DNA of 58,761 bases, filler included, from Platydemus manokwari (lineage: Eukaryota): NCBI GenBank assembly GCA_037951405.1. It is 5 parts of 5 records of this genome, joined end to end, with 100 filler letters (N's around TTAATTAATTAA, not from the genome) between each part and the next. Parts side by side here need not be neighbours in the genome. Positions count along the whole stretch, not along the records: positions 39,110 to 50,000 come from JBBMOY011084409.1; positions 50,101 to 58,761 come from JBBMOY011350093.1; 3 more parts are not named here. The stretch is one strand, 5' to 3'. Shown in pieces: positions 39,150 through 53,200 of this stretch; positions within the stretch are counted from its first letter, which is position 1; every line of letters starts with the position of its first letter. The notes under the pieces are model-generated. The model saw only the letters and a program-made list of their open reading frames with translations, made no database searches and was not told the origin of the DNA. Made by a program: the position numbers and the translations under genes.

Positions 39150-41170
39150 GTTGGTGGAGCCAAAATTAAAAGAGTATAGGTACCTGGAATTGGACAGCGA
39201 ATTCTGAAAGCGAAATCGAAAAAGATGAACAAATTCGCATCACCATTAGGCCATAAAAACAAAGGAAAAGATCTCTATATCTTTTAGGGGTCTCGGTTCA
39301 TCAGTTTAGAATATTACATCGACAAGAGTATTGGTGCATGTTCTTTCAATTTCAATTTGTAGGTCTATATTCAAATTAGAATCAATAAACTGCACTTTCT
39401 TTACACTTGAATGGCATTGTGAGTGCAGCATTATCTCGTGTCTATAGATAATAAAAGTACTAAAGACTTTACAGCATGTAAAAACATTTGTCGGTGATTC
39501 AATTTTCTAATGGCATTTGTTCTTGTTTAAAGTAGCTAGAGTATTAAACTTGGTTTTGTGTATAACTATACAGTTATCGTTGATAAGACCGCCTCAAATT
39601 ATTACTTTGCATCACGATGAGCAGATAGCTAATGTAAATTTTGTATACCGACTGCATCGCATATAATTATTCAGTTTGACCTAGCTAACTAGAGCATCTC
39701 TAGCTCTGATACCTACTTCGTCACCAATTGATTGGAATGAGATATCTCTGATCTTACCTCATCAGGTAAGATTTCTTTTAGTCCTACTTATATGCGAACT
39801 AATGCATTCAAGGGGTTTGTCGATCGTTATATCCTTGGTGAATGATATTTGAAGGGATTCTCCTACAATATCTCTGACCAATTTTCTTTTCTTGTAAAAA
39901 TAGATAGACCGCGTACTATTGATTGAATGGCATATTCGGCAGCAATACATAGCAGCCTATGGCCATCTTTTGCTCTCTTTGAATAAATGTAACTGGTGAT
40001 ACACATTTTTCGAATTTCAATGGGTTTTCAAGTAGCTTTCTGAGAATTATGCTCAGATTGCTGTAGATAATGAGGTAATTTCTTACACAAAATATTACTT
40101 TTGAATAAATGACCATGTTGCACGCATCTAGCTTCTGCCATGCAAGTAGAAAACAACTGACTAATTTTTTGGTAATAATTTGTAGATCTTCAGTCCGACT
40201 TTCTATGGAATTGTGAAGCTTCAATCAAAAGCTTACCCCTAAATAACGATAATGTCTCTCAATCGATATTTAGAGGATAGCATACTCATAGATTAATATA
40301 GTTTCATCTTTCTTCTAATATATCTCTTAGCAAGAAGTTGTGTTCACCACAACCATCAATATTTCCAAAACTCCTATGTAATGGATAAGCAACTTGTTCT
40401 GATCTATCTATCTTCATTGTTGTTGGCACAATATTGTCATTAATATTTCGTAAGAGCAGTTGATGTGGACAATTGTTCTGCAGGATCTCATTTCATAGTA
40501 ATGTCTTTGCTTCATTGTCTATGAGATCATAAGTGTCTTGTAGAGAGACCATTTTTTCAGAATTTTTTTGTGTTGCACACGTTTTTTGATGATTGTCGTT
40601 TTTCTTTGTTTGGCCAACAGTCAGCTTAATTGCTTCCGGTAGTTAATTTAAAAGATGCTGCTGGAGAGTTATTGTATAAGAGTCTTAGTCTGATTTGCAT
40701 CTGTCATTTGTGCCGTCATGATTCCCAATTTATAGATTGGTAGCTTCCATGTTATTATTAAGATCATTTATAAGTGGAAAATATTTTTGGAACAAATATT
40801 CTTTAGCTATTTCTGTGTTCAGTTCTAAAGCTAATAATCAAAGAATAAAATCACAAATGTTCAGTTAATAAAAGTAGAGCTGTAATTGGAATTCGAAAGA
40901 ATTTTTATCTGCAAACGAATTCAAAGAAGTTTGAAGATTATAAATATTTGTTAACCTCAAGCATTCAAATCAGCACTTCACTTTTTCTTATTCCAGATTC
41001 TTTTCTTTTCTTCTAAATCTTTTTTTATATTGGGTCACTGCCACCAGTTGTTGTAAGCTTTATTCTCACTATCTGCTTCTTTGTTTGTCCACCCATACCT
41101 TTTCGATGTGTTTTCATGTCTTTACGACTCTTTTTTGATGTTTTTTTCTTTATGTGCTTTGTATTCAGAT
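39150..41170 (-). mobile_element. Degraded coding-like remnant, possibly an old retroelement
   Basis: About 2 kb with higher GC than its flanks and broken minus-strand ORFs (39762-40224). It has no coherent splice structure and no diagnostic motif was confidently recognised. Confidence 0.3.
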
Positions 41171-41941
41171 TTGATAACTATATAAATGCGATCAACCGAT
41201 AATTTAATTTTCAAAAATCATAAAGGAAAAGATTTAAGTTATAATTTTAAAAATCAATAGAAACAGATACTAATAATCTTAATAAAAATATCTTTGGACT
41301 TAGTCTAATTTAAAACGAGGTAATAATAATTATTATTTGATTTAATTAAAGAAAGAGAAAAATAATACAACCAAAAATTTAAAGGAAATAATAACTCACA
41401 TTCATTTTTACTAACATCTACTAAGAACTCGCGCTGTTAAGATTGAATAACAAGCATTAAACAACACAAATCCAACGGTACAATCTATCATTTCGAATTG
41501 CCATAAGAATAATTGATACAATAAATAAATATCGATAACAAGTTACTATATAAGTACAGTTCATATAATAAGAAAATAAGTATATATAGTTACAAAATAG
41601 GATAAACATTCTTCCGGAAAGTACGTAGAAAAGTTAGTAACAGAACTGATATTATCCCAAGCGGAATTGAACAGATTTTGTTCTTATTTCTAATATAATA
41701 TTAATAATAATAATATAATAATAATATATAATGATAATAATATCAACTAAGATTTGTGTAATCGAAGTCCAATTTTGTGATTAGTTTAGTCTTATACGAA
41801 TTTTGTATTACTTTTAGTTCTTCAATGACATCAAGCAAATGTTAGAATTGTAAATATGAATTTTATTTAGAATTTAAGTTTGTTTTATGTATTAAAATAA
41901 ATAAATAATAGGATTATTTGAATAATTAAGTTAATTAAAAT

Positions 41942-42670
41942 GGCTAAAGTTAAGAAACATGTCCTACAATAAAATTTTAAAATTGTGGAGTGTATTGGAA
42001 AAATCTATATAGATTATTTATTTTAAATTCTTTAATAACTTTTTGTATTATTTTAGAAATCTCCTTAAAATTAATTATTTGAAAAACGGTTCAAAGAAGG
42101 TCAAATTATAATCAATTGAAAATTATCGAGGAATCCTTCTTTTAGCATTAGAAGCAATTGGAATGATATTATTATTTTTTTATAAAAAATTGACTTCGAA
42201 TTGATTGAAGAGGAGATTTGATCCAAATCCATACTAAAAAATATATAAAAAGTTTCAGAATTAAAAACTTGATTCAAAAATTCAACTTGCCTTTTTTCGA
42301 CATTCTGAATAGTATTTTCGGCTAACACAAAAAATTATATTTATAAAATGATATCCATTATTAAACTAACACTCAACAAATATTAGCAATTTTAATTAAA
42401 ATAAAACCAACAATTTAAAATTATTTATTGAGATAAAAAAAATTGCAAACTCCTCGACAATGAAGAAATATCTGGGTATAGAAATATAATTGATGGCCTA
42501 AATATCGTCGTAGAAATTGTTAGAGTTGATTTTTGGTTCATAATCTAAAATTGAATTCTATATAAAAATTACATTAAAATATGATTACAAATAAATTTTA
42601 ATATAAAGTAACTCACGAAAAGTCATTACTTTAACATTGGGTCAAAGGACCCTTTTTCTTAATTTAAGCC
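41942..42670 (+). mobile_element. GGCT-terminus MITE (PIF/Harbinger-like, tentative)
   Basis: 16-bp TIR GGCTAAAGTTAAGAAA / TTTCTTAATTTAAGCC (14/16), flanked by AAT on both sides. Colinear with 43560-44564. Confidence 0.8.
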
Positions 42671-43559
42671 AATTATTGTAAACCGTTAGGATCAAAGGAA
42701 ATTGAAAATCATATTTAACATGATCATTTAAACAAATTAATAATCACATAACATAATATCAGTTTGAAAATACCGGCAATTATATTGTCCAGGAATTTTA
42801 ATAAATATTATAAATTAAATTTGAGATTATTTAATTTTTTTTTAAATTTAGAAAATAAATGGAATTATATTTTTTATTATAAATATTTTAAAACAATTTT
42901 TGGTAATGAATTCTCATCTAGGCGGAGTTCTATTTATCAATATCTTTGAGCATCTTTCGTTACATTTGCCAGTTCCAGTTAAATATCATATTACTAGAAG
43001 TAATTTAATAAATCTATAAACATATATTAGTCCAATTTATAATATTTCAAAATAATTGTGATAATTAATTCTTTCACAGATAATGATACTTTTCCAAATA
43101 CTAGTGGACAATCGCCAATGCGTATATCAGTTTCAGTTCCAGATTTAATAGGTTATTTAGCAATTTATATTCGGAGATTTCAAGAAAATTATAATAATGA
43201 ATTATCTCACAGATAATACAACTTTCCCAAATACTCCTGAACAAAACCAGTTGTGTAGAACATCTTCAGCTATGAATGGTGTTTCAGATGGTAATTTAGT
43301 AAATTTATAAAATACACCAGATATATATTAATATTCCTAATATATTTCAAAACTAAAATTCCTTTCTTTTAATTAAAAAACCGAACAATGATTTATTTTA
43401 TTTTCTTTGCCACTTTTATTAGCTATTGAAATTGGAACGAATAGTATATGATATGATATATTAATAAACAATTTCATAAATCTAAATATAAGATAACCAT
43501 ACATGATCAACAAAATATTAACGTATTATACAACATCGATACACTTGCGTAAGTATTTG

Positions 43560-44564
43560 GGCTAATGTTAAAAACAGGTCCTAAAATAAAATTTTAAAAT
43601 TGTGGAGTGTATTGCAAAAATCTATATAGATTATTTAATTAAATTCTTTAAAAACTTTTTGAATTTTATATATATTTGAGTAAAATTTTAGTTATTTAGA
43701 ATCAAATAATACATGAATAGGATTTTTAAGATATCCTAAAAATTAATTATTTGAAAAGCGGGTCAAATTAGGTCAAAATTTAATTAATTGAAAATTAGTG
43801 AGGACTCCTTCTTTTAACATTAGAAGCAATTGGAATGATATCTAAAATTTTTAGAGTTATTTTATAAAAAAGTAACTTCGAAATTATTGAGAAGTGCCAG
43901 GAACAAGGTACTTGTGTTTACTCTCAAAATAAGTTTTTTAATATCTATTTAATAGATTAGATACATAGATCCCAAACCTGTCGATGTTGTAATGAAATGA
44001 AGATTTGATTCAAATCAAAAAAATCGTACTGGTGAAGATGCCAAAAATATACAAGTTTCGAAATTCAAATAGGGACTTGGTTCAACAATTTAGCTTTGTT
44101 CCTTTTCGACATTCTGAATAAATTATTTTTGGTACACTGGGCTCACACAGAAAATATTTTTAAAAATATATTATATTTACAAATCCATTAGTAAAATAAC
44201 AATCAACAAATATTGACAATTTTTATTAAAATAAACTAATAATTAAAAATTATTTATTGAGATACATCAAAATTTGTAGGTTCCTCGCCAATGAAGAAAT
44301 ATCTTGTCATAGAAATATAATTTCAAGGTTAAATATCGTCATAGAAATTAACGAGAAATGTTTTGAAATTGCCAAATATAGTAGCGGGCATCGAATACAT
44401 GAATTTTTGATTGTTAGATTTGATTTTTGGTTTTTAATCTAAAATTGAATTTTATGTAAAAAATTCATTAAAATATGATTACAAATAAATTCTAATATCA
44501 AATAATTCACGAAAAGTCATTACTTTAAAATTGGGTTAAAGGACCCTTATTCTTAACTTAAGCC
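43560..44564 (+). mobile_element. GGCT-terminus MITE, longer copy
   Basis: GGCTAATGTTAAAAA ... TTCTTAACTTAAGCC. Shares long blocks with 41942-42670 (e.g. CATTAGAAGCAATTGGAATGATAT, CACGAAAAGTCATTACTTTAA). Confidence 0.8.
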
Positions 44565-44819
44565 GAGTTATTCTTAAGATTTTAATAATCAACACGAATT
44601 TATTGATTTTATTTACATCTTCAAAGTTAATTAATTGTTTGAATAAAAATTAATTATTTAAAATTAATTAAATAAATATATAATTTTAAATATATGTATT
44701 CTTCCTGTTTTATAACATTTTATCTAACTAGAAAAAATATTTGATTTCAATGAATTTATAAATGTTTTGTTTAAATAATATTCAATTAATATTTTTTAAA
44801 ACTTTACTTACTAAGCACA

Positions 44820-45761
44820 ATGACTTCTATTGGAACAGGAGTAAATATTATTTAATTAAGTTAATATTTTTATTGAAATATTTAGTATGATCTTTCTGCT
44901 TCTCAATTTTCTCCAGAGGGTAAGGTATTTCAAATTGAGTATGCTTACAAAGCTGTAGAAAATAGCGGGTAAAATTTTAAATTCTTTAAACTTCATTGAA
45001 ATTGAATTAAAGCACTGCGATTGCAATTAAAGCTAAAGATGGAGTTGTTTTTGCAGTAGAAAATATTGTTGCTTCTAAACTTTACGAACCTGCATCAAAT
45101 AATCGCATTTTCCACATCAGTCCTCATATTGGAATGTGCATTGCTGGTTTATTGGCTGATGCTAAGCACTTAGTTGAAAAGGCTAAAGATGAATGCGCTT
45201 ACTACAGACAAACAACTGGTGAACCAATTCCGCTATCAAGTTTAACTCAACGACTTTCTGAATATATCCATGTGTATACACTTTATAGTGCAGTAAGACC
45301 ATTTGGGGTTTCAGTTATGCTATGTTCAATGGATAAAAACGGACCAAATCTTTACATGATTGAACCATCGGGTCTTTATTATGTGGGTTTTAAATTTTAT
45401 TGAAAGGTCTCGTTGATATTTATTGTATTAGTCATATACTGGATGCGCAATAGGAAAAGCTAAACAAAATGCAAAAACTGAAATCGAGAAGATGGATGTT
45501 ACTAAAATGTCATGTAAAGATTTAATAAAGGAAGCTGCAAGAATGTTTGTATATAATTTATTTTTTAAAATATTTTATTTTAATTATAGAATATATGTTG
45601 TGCATGATGAAATTAAAGATAAAAATTTTGAATTAGAAATGAGTTGGATAGGCGAAGCTTCTGAAAATTGCCATAGACTCATTGAAGGTGATGAATTAAA
45701 AGAAGTTGAAGCATATGCTCAGAAAGCTATTGAAGATGAAGATAGTGAGGATGATTTGTGA
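44820..45761 (+). CDS. PSMA3: 20S proteasome subunit alpha type-3 (alpha7)
   Basis: Exons 44820-44840, 44886-44968, 45013-45382, 45432-45544 and 45590-45761, with four 44-49 bp GT-AG introns. Translation is [27 protein letters not shown]...YTLYSAVRPFG...AIGKAKQNAKTEIEK...HDEIKDKNFELEMSW plus an acidic tail. Confidence 0.97.
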
Positions 45762-46370
45762 ACAAAAATTGTTGAATAAGAAATTTTTAATAGTTTTATG
45801 TATTCTTGTTGATGTTTATATATTAAAGCTAAAGTATCTTAACATATGTTTAATTTTTGTTTTGGATTTTAAACGTAACTTGAGTAAACGTCATACATTG
45901 TGTTACTAAAACAGATCGTTGATATTCGCAGATTATAAATATCTTTAGTAATTAAAATGAAAAATCAAGTAGTATTTAGTGTTATCATATTTTATGACAT
46001 CCCTAGTAACTATTTTTATCGAAAATTTTGTGACAAGTCATTTATCAGAAAGTTAATTGAGTTTTGATAACATCAAACCGTTTCTGGGATACTTAGACCT
46101 TGAATAAGTAAAACTAAGTTAGGCCAATCAATCAGTCAAATTAGGAAACCGAATTACTAATCAACTTTTTGATTTTAGAAATGTATAAAAAACTATTATA
46201 ATTATATATAGAAAATTTTAATCGATATGGAAAAGTTTCCAATTACTAAATTACCAAATAAAATAAAATTTTTTAGACTGAATATCATGGAGTAATCAAT
46301 AATCACTTTATTAACATAAAATAAATGTTAGATATTTATTCAATGATAACATATATTTCATAATATTTTT

Positions 46371-49300
46371 TTAAACCATTTCATCACTACAATAAGGGAC
46401 AACATCTTTCAAAGGAATCAATCTCAATGTTCCATTCGCTAATTTGGTGACAGCTTCTCCGTTTTCTATTGATAAACACTTTCCGTAATTTTCAGGATTC
46501 ATAATTTGGGGCTCGAAATAAATAACATTGCTACCAGATTCTGGTTCTTTGCGAAACACAGAATTTATTCCAACATTTATAATACGCTTTCCATCAACCA
46601 ATTTAACGCTAACATTACCATTCCTTTCTCCTTGTATAACACCTTTTTGGACACTATTGTCCGGTAATGAAATTAAAACTTCGACATTTTTTACTAAATG
46701 TGCTCTTGGTAATGGTTCAAGATTTCCATAAATATCTGTGTTATTGTTTTCATGAGAACTGGAATAACCAGGACTTGCCGGTGTAAAGGCATAGTAAGGA
46801 TCCATTGTAGGTGTTTGAGGATAATGAACAGGAGATTGAGGAGGAGTGTTATTAATTTTAGAATACCAGTTTCCAACATCACTTTCGTCATCATCAATAT
46901 CATTATTTTGGCGACTGCTACTCATATAAGCTGGAGTTTTCGCTTCCGAATTTTCAAATAAGTCATCACCACTATATAAATTATGTGCAGGCGTAGCTGC
47001 TACTGGATCAAAAGCACCAGCTCGTGGAGTATCTGATCCAGAATGACCAATACGTGGAGTATGAGATGAACCAACTTGAGGTGTGCGACTGCCATCAGCG
47101 TAACGATTGTTGAATGGTGTAGTAGCACCATACATCGGAGTTTGTGAACCATAATTAGGAGTTTTACCACCGAAAGCAGATGAGGCACCGGTATAGCTCG
47201 ATTTAAACGGAGTTGCAAACGTAGAATCAACCATCTGTCCATCACTGTTGCATATTCTAAAATTTTCTTTAGAAACTTCAACAGATTTGAATTCAGAATG
47301 CAACTCAATAGTAGCTGCATCTAACTTCAAATCTTTTATAATTCCAATTTTTCCTTTTAGAGGACCTTTGACTATTCTAACAGTTGCTCCAATAAATTTT
47401 CGCTCGTTTCTTAAGGCGTTGGGGGCTTTAAAAACTGGTTTGGGATTATGATTTTCTGATTTAGAATGTATTCTTGGACTTTGAGGAACAGAATTAAAAG
47501 AACCATTAATAGGTTTCGACATGATTAGAGAACCTTTTTTGGCTACATGATTTCCTCTAGTTGCTATCAAACCGCGATTTTCAGCGAAATTGTTGTTATA
47601 TATAAAAACAAATCCTTTCCAAATATGTCGAACCTCTCCATGTTTTCCAGCACAATTTCCAGATACAATATCTACCATATCTTTGTGTCGAATTTCTTGT
47701 TTATGACCGTCGAGTGTGACGGATTTATTATTACTTTTTTTCGAAAACGAAGAATTAGTTTCCAACATTACTTCCTTATTCATATTTGTTAGGACTTTCA
47801 TCATTGATTTTTGAAATTGTATAATAACACCAACTGTTTTGGGATCGATTTGAATAAGGTCACCAATGAGAAACTTGTTACTAACTGGTGCTTCTGCGGA
47901 GAAACTTGTGGCTGAAGAAAGATCCATTGGTTTGACTTTGAATTGATTAATATTATTATCGCTTAGAACTACTACCGTATTGCTATCACTATCAACAACA
48001 ATTCCAGTTTCTCCCTCATATTGACCACTCAAAACACGTACATGATTTCCAACATTAAAAACTCGGCGCAATTCATCTGGTCTAAATGACATGTTTTGTT
48101 TTAGTTCCGTAGCATGAACTACAATATTTTTGTTATCAATTGACACAACCTTTCCACGAAGCTCTTTTAAAGACCCAGCGACAACTACAACTTGATCTCC
48201 AATATTAAACATCTGATCAACGCTTTCCAACCCTTTTTTTACTTGCTTAGCTACTTCAACATTATTAATATTTTCATTGAACTTCTCTATTTCATGTACA
48301 TCTGGTTTTACTCCTTGAACATCAATAAAGCTTAACTTAAAATCTTTATATAGAAATCCTTGTTCGTCAAAATCGTTTTTTCTAAACGAATAGTATTTAC
48401 CATTTTTTGTTACATCCAAACCTAATTCTGCGATTTTTTTGCGATTAAATAATGCTGGGAGTGGTTTAACAAAAAACTTCTGCTTAATGTATTTATTTTT
48501 ATCTTTCGCCAACTGTTTATAATCTATTCGTGGAATTAACTGAACCATAACAGAATTTTGGGCTTCATCAATCGATATTACTTTAGCCAAATCACCGCGA
48601 TACATCCCTTTGTTTATTCGAACATACTGGCCTCTGTCTAATTTTTTAAAAGCCTTTAAAACTTTCATTATTTCTGTCATTTCAGAAATTGGTATCATTT
48701 TTATATTTGAAATTCCAAATGAAATAGACTTGAGATCTTGTGCTGCAGTTTTCACATGCGTTTCTTTATAAGCTTCCATATAAATATAACCTTTAACACT
48801 GTCTTTACTAAAAACACTAAGTACATGCAAAGGTCTGTTTGTCATACGTAAAATATTAAATTTATGCATTAGTTTTAAAACTGTGTTTTTCTCTTCACCA
48901 TCAAAACATTTTATTTGCCATATATTGGCATCTTTAACACCAGGTAAACAACTTTGCTGTGTGATAGTGTTTGCCATAGCATTACCACTGCCAAATTCAT
49001 CGTCACGATCCATTTCATATTTCTGTCTATAATGTTCTTCTATTTCCTCTTCGTTTTCCAAATTAAGACTACTTTGTCTAGCACGATTATCATACTTAAC
49101 ATATTGCATTGCATCCTGAGCTTCAGCAACTTCCTCTGGATTATCAATCATATCATCATAATTATTCTCGTCGTCATAATCTTCATCTTCTTCATCATCA
49201 TCATCAACTGCAGCTTCGTCGAGAATATAATTCTAAGTTTACTTATAAAATAAATAAATTTTATTTTTAACTTACCCCGATATCTTTGCGCCTTTTCGCA

Positions 49301-49404
49301 TATCTGCTTTCTTCTTCGTCATATTCTTCATCAGATTCATCAATTCGTCGCTTTTTATTTCTACTTTTTTCAGGAACTATTTCATTATCCGATGAGTCTG
49401 ACAT
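46371..49404 (-). CDS. SUPT5H: Transcription elongation factor SPT5
   Basis: Exon 1 49404-49276 (MSDSSDNE...acidic), a 43-bp intron, and exon 2 49232-46371. Contains the NGN domain (LPGVKDANIW...KGYIYMEAYKETHVK), KOW domains and CTR repeats (GKTPNYGSQTPMYG...GSRTP). Confidence 0.96.
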
Positions 49405-50000
49405 AATAAAAATATAATCGACAGCTTACTGGTAATTAAAACCAGAATATTCAAACAACGTGTACAAATAAACAATAACCTCGAAGAAAAGTTAAATATG
49501 AATTAAGAGGATGAAAATATTACAACCAATACTGAATAACCTGAAAAGAATAAAATTTCAAGCTAAAATTAAAAAAAACATTAACTTTTAGTTTAGTTTT
49601 ATTAATTTAAAAATTTATCATTATTTATTGGACTTTTTAATTGTCATACAATTTTAAGATGTATTCAAATTAACTTGCAAATATTTAAGTGCTATCAAAT
49701 TGTGTTATCATAAACCCTGCAAAATTAATACGTCACATAGCAACATGTTTGAATTTTAATGGTAAAAATTATTCATTGATAAATACCGTGTATTATGAAA
49801 ATTTTAAATTATTTTAATGAATTTGCTAATAATATGTTTTTAAAATTACTTTTTTTAATTAAATAATATTAAATTAATTATTATTATAATTGGTTTACTT
49901 TTTCTACAAATTAATATTTTTGAAATGGCCTATTTTTATTTTATTATTGTAATGTAGTTATTGCCAATTTGTGTTGTGATGATTTAGAAATATTAATGAT

Positions 50001-50100
50001 NNNNNNNNNNNNNNNNNNNNNNNNNNNNNNNNNNNNNNNNNNNNTTAATTAATTAANNNNNNNNNNNNNNNNNNNNNNNNNNNNNNNNNNNNNNNNNNNN
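50001..50100. other. Artificial contig linker
   Basis: N44-TTAATTAATTAA-N44. Confidence 0.97.
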
Positions 50101-50196
50101 AATAATTTTTCTTACAATTGGAAAGTTTATTGATAAAAAGAATGGTTTATTTAAATGGAATTCTACATTTAAAAAATGTATTCTCATTTGTTTCAG

Positions 50197-50276
50197 ATGC
50201 TTTACAAGCTGGAGCATCACAATTTGAAGCAAGTGCTGGTAAATTAAAGCGGAAATTCTGGTGGAGAAATTGCAAG
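50197..50276 (+). CDS. Synaptobrevin/VAMP1-3 family R-SNARE, single internal exon
   Basis: TTTCAG|(D)[26 protein letters not shown]|GTAA. The transmembrane exon was not found and may lie in the gap at 50805-50965. Confidence 0.93.
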
Positions 50277-53200
50277 GTAAATTATTGAGAGTGAATTTAT
50301 TTGTTGAACAGATGTTTTTGATAATTTGATTTTATGGATTTATTCGATTAGAAAACATTAAAAATGGATTATTGATTTTTCAATGGAAAAAATATCGACT
50401 ATGAGTTGATGTCATTAATATTTTGTGAAGAGTTTTGGGATATTTTTGTAAAATACATTTAAATTGAGATATATTACAAGTATAAATGTATCAGTTATTC
50501 GATAATCCATGAATGTCATAAATTGATTATCACTATTATATTGAAAACAATTTTAGTCAATATATTTAATGTATTGATTAATCATGGATTTTTCATGAAC
50601 TGTTTGATCAATATATTTCTTTCCTTTTAATTCTGAAATAAATCTCGTTTTGATATTGACATCTAACGACTGAATATTGTCTAGATGAATAGCTATTGAT
50701 GTATTGGTCTGATTAAACTTGAAGTTTTAATTTTTTTAAAAATATTCGTATTTTACCAGGCGGTTAATTATTAATTATTAAATAATTTTAATTTCTGATT
50801 TATTNNNNNNNNNNNNNNNNNNNNNNNNNNNNNNNNNNNNNNNNNNNNNNNNNNNNNNNNNNNNNNNNNNNNNNNNNNNNNNNNNNNNNNNNNNNNNNNN
50901 NNNNNNNNNNNNNNNNNNNNNNNNNNNNNNNNNNNNNNNNNNNNNNNNNNNNNNNNNNNNNNNNNCTGGTTTTAAAGTAATTTCCAATGAAAATATTGTA
51001 ATTCACGACCACATGTACACAGTTGAACCCACCCAGTATCAAATGGAATGAATATCCACTGCTCATTTGATATTTATTTTGTTTATAAATTACAATTTTT
51101 TAATGAAATTAAATTTTTCATTAAATTTTTTTCCCATTTTGTTAACGTTTAGCAATTGATTTTGAAAAGTAAATTAAATTTTAATAAATTAGTTAATTAA
51201 TTATTTGTTCAAAGCGATAATCGATTATCGTGCATTAAAATAAAAAAAAAAACCATTGACATTGTTTATTGTGTTAATCTTGGAATGATCTGAATAAGTT
51301 TTGGCTGCTTTAATTGACGTGTGAGAATGATTGTTTCAGTTTTTTGTGGGTAAAAAATGAATCCCAAGAAATAATATCTTTTAATAGTCAGAAAAAGCAT
51401 AACTCTATCAACATTATTCGATTCAATATTTTTCACAACAGTAATTACAGAGTGTAATCACTTCCGTAAGCTAAAAATGCAAGCGTAGAATTTCACGTTA
51501 ATGATTTCTTAAACATCTAAACTGATATAACTACAAAAATAATTTTTCCTCCCTAAAATATTTGATTTTTATAAACATCTTGTTTTTGACTTGTTTTCAA
51601 TTCGTCTTTTATTATTCCAAGTTGATATCTCTTAATTATTCATAAACGTGTTTATTAACCGTGCTTGACTATAATGTTATTATAATTATACTGATGTACG
51701 AAAAGAGTTTTCAATACTTTATCGGAAATGGTATAACAATCTTCAGATCTTTAGATAAAAGCAAAATTTCTCATCATTTATTAGAATCGAAACGATTTTC
51801 ATAGCATAATATCTTTATCCCATATATATATATATATTTATATTAGCTGTAATAAAATCATTATGATAATTATAGGATCCGGACTAGTTTTTGATGATTC
51901 GATTTTTTTCAACGACATTTTCGCTTTCATTCTCATTGTGTAATAAGATCAGAAAAATTGATTAAAATATCTCCCTGAAAAAAATAACCCGAAAAAGGCA
52001 ATTCTATTTTAGAAGGCGAAAATAGAAGAACGCGCAAAGTTCTTTGTTGTTACCGACAATCTTAGTGGATTAGATAAACAAAAAGCAAATAATGATGAAA
52101 ATGTCCATAAATTCTTATTGGATGTTTTTATTTTATTTATTTTATTTTGTTTCTGTCGTATTTTTACGCCTTTTAATGTTAGAAATTGATAGTATTTTCA
52201 TCACAGGTATTTAAATATACTAGCATCCTTAAATTTTGTTTTATTAATCCACATCAAAAATTTTAACAATCGATCTCCAATCATCTAGACGAATTAAATC
52301 ATTTAACTCATTTATGAAATTTTCACGATAGAAACTTTCCAATAACTATTTTTTAATCTGATTTCGTCGTCGATTGGTTCATGCCATGTATCAAGGACGA
52401 GATGTCTTTTTTCTGGCAATTTTCGTACATTTACTAATTAGGTTATTTAAAAATATTTCGTCGAAAATTTAAATTGTTTCCGGTCGATGTGCACGTAGAA
52501 CACTTAACCAATGGATGACAAAGATTATTAAGAAATTCGATAAGTGGTTTAGCATAGCAATTAAAAATCATTGTTAGTGACCTCGAATCCTAGGGATATA
52601 TGTAATCTTTAATAACATCGTAATCTTAATAATAATATCAAGACAATTTCACGATAAAACGTTCAACAGCTTATCTTGAATCAGATTAATCAATAATTTT
52701 TGCATGCATTTGAAGTCAAGTAACAATAGGATTTTAAAACGTATCTTATAAGTTGTAAGACACAGCTAATTTATAAAACACGCACGGAAAGCTGATTGAA
52801 AAATTATGTAAACAAATGAATATCATTTGATTCTAAGTTTCAAACATTCTTGAAATTTAAATTTGCAAATTCTCACAACTCTTTTTCATTGAAATCTTTG
52901 GCGTTTTAATTATACCTAATTATCTGAGTATCGAATTCTCTTTAATATTTGTCTAAATCGGTGTTCTTCAAAAGAAGGGGTCGTGACAAATTTCCTTACT
53001 GACACTGACTTCTATTAAGACAAAATATCGATCGAATTTTAAAGATCGGGAATTAGTGCTGAGACCAGCTATCACCGAAATAGAGCTCAGATTTGAAGTT
53101 TTATGCCAGAATATGCAAAATCATTGTTATTATTAAATATATTTTAATTTTTTGGTATTAAAAATAGTTTTGTACAAAAAAATTTACTTTATTATTTTTA

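Noticed and set aside
46528-49253. Several short ORFs overlapping SPT5
   Set aside because: Antisense or alternate-frame shadows of the SPT5 CDS.
50778-51066. ORFs spanning the N gap
   Set aside because: Artefacts of translating Ns.
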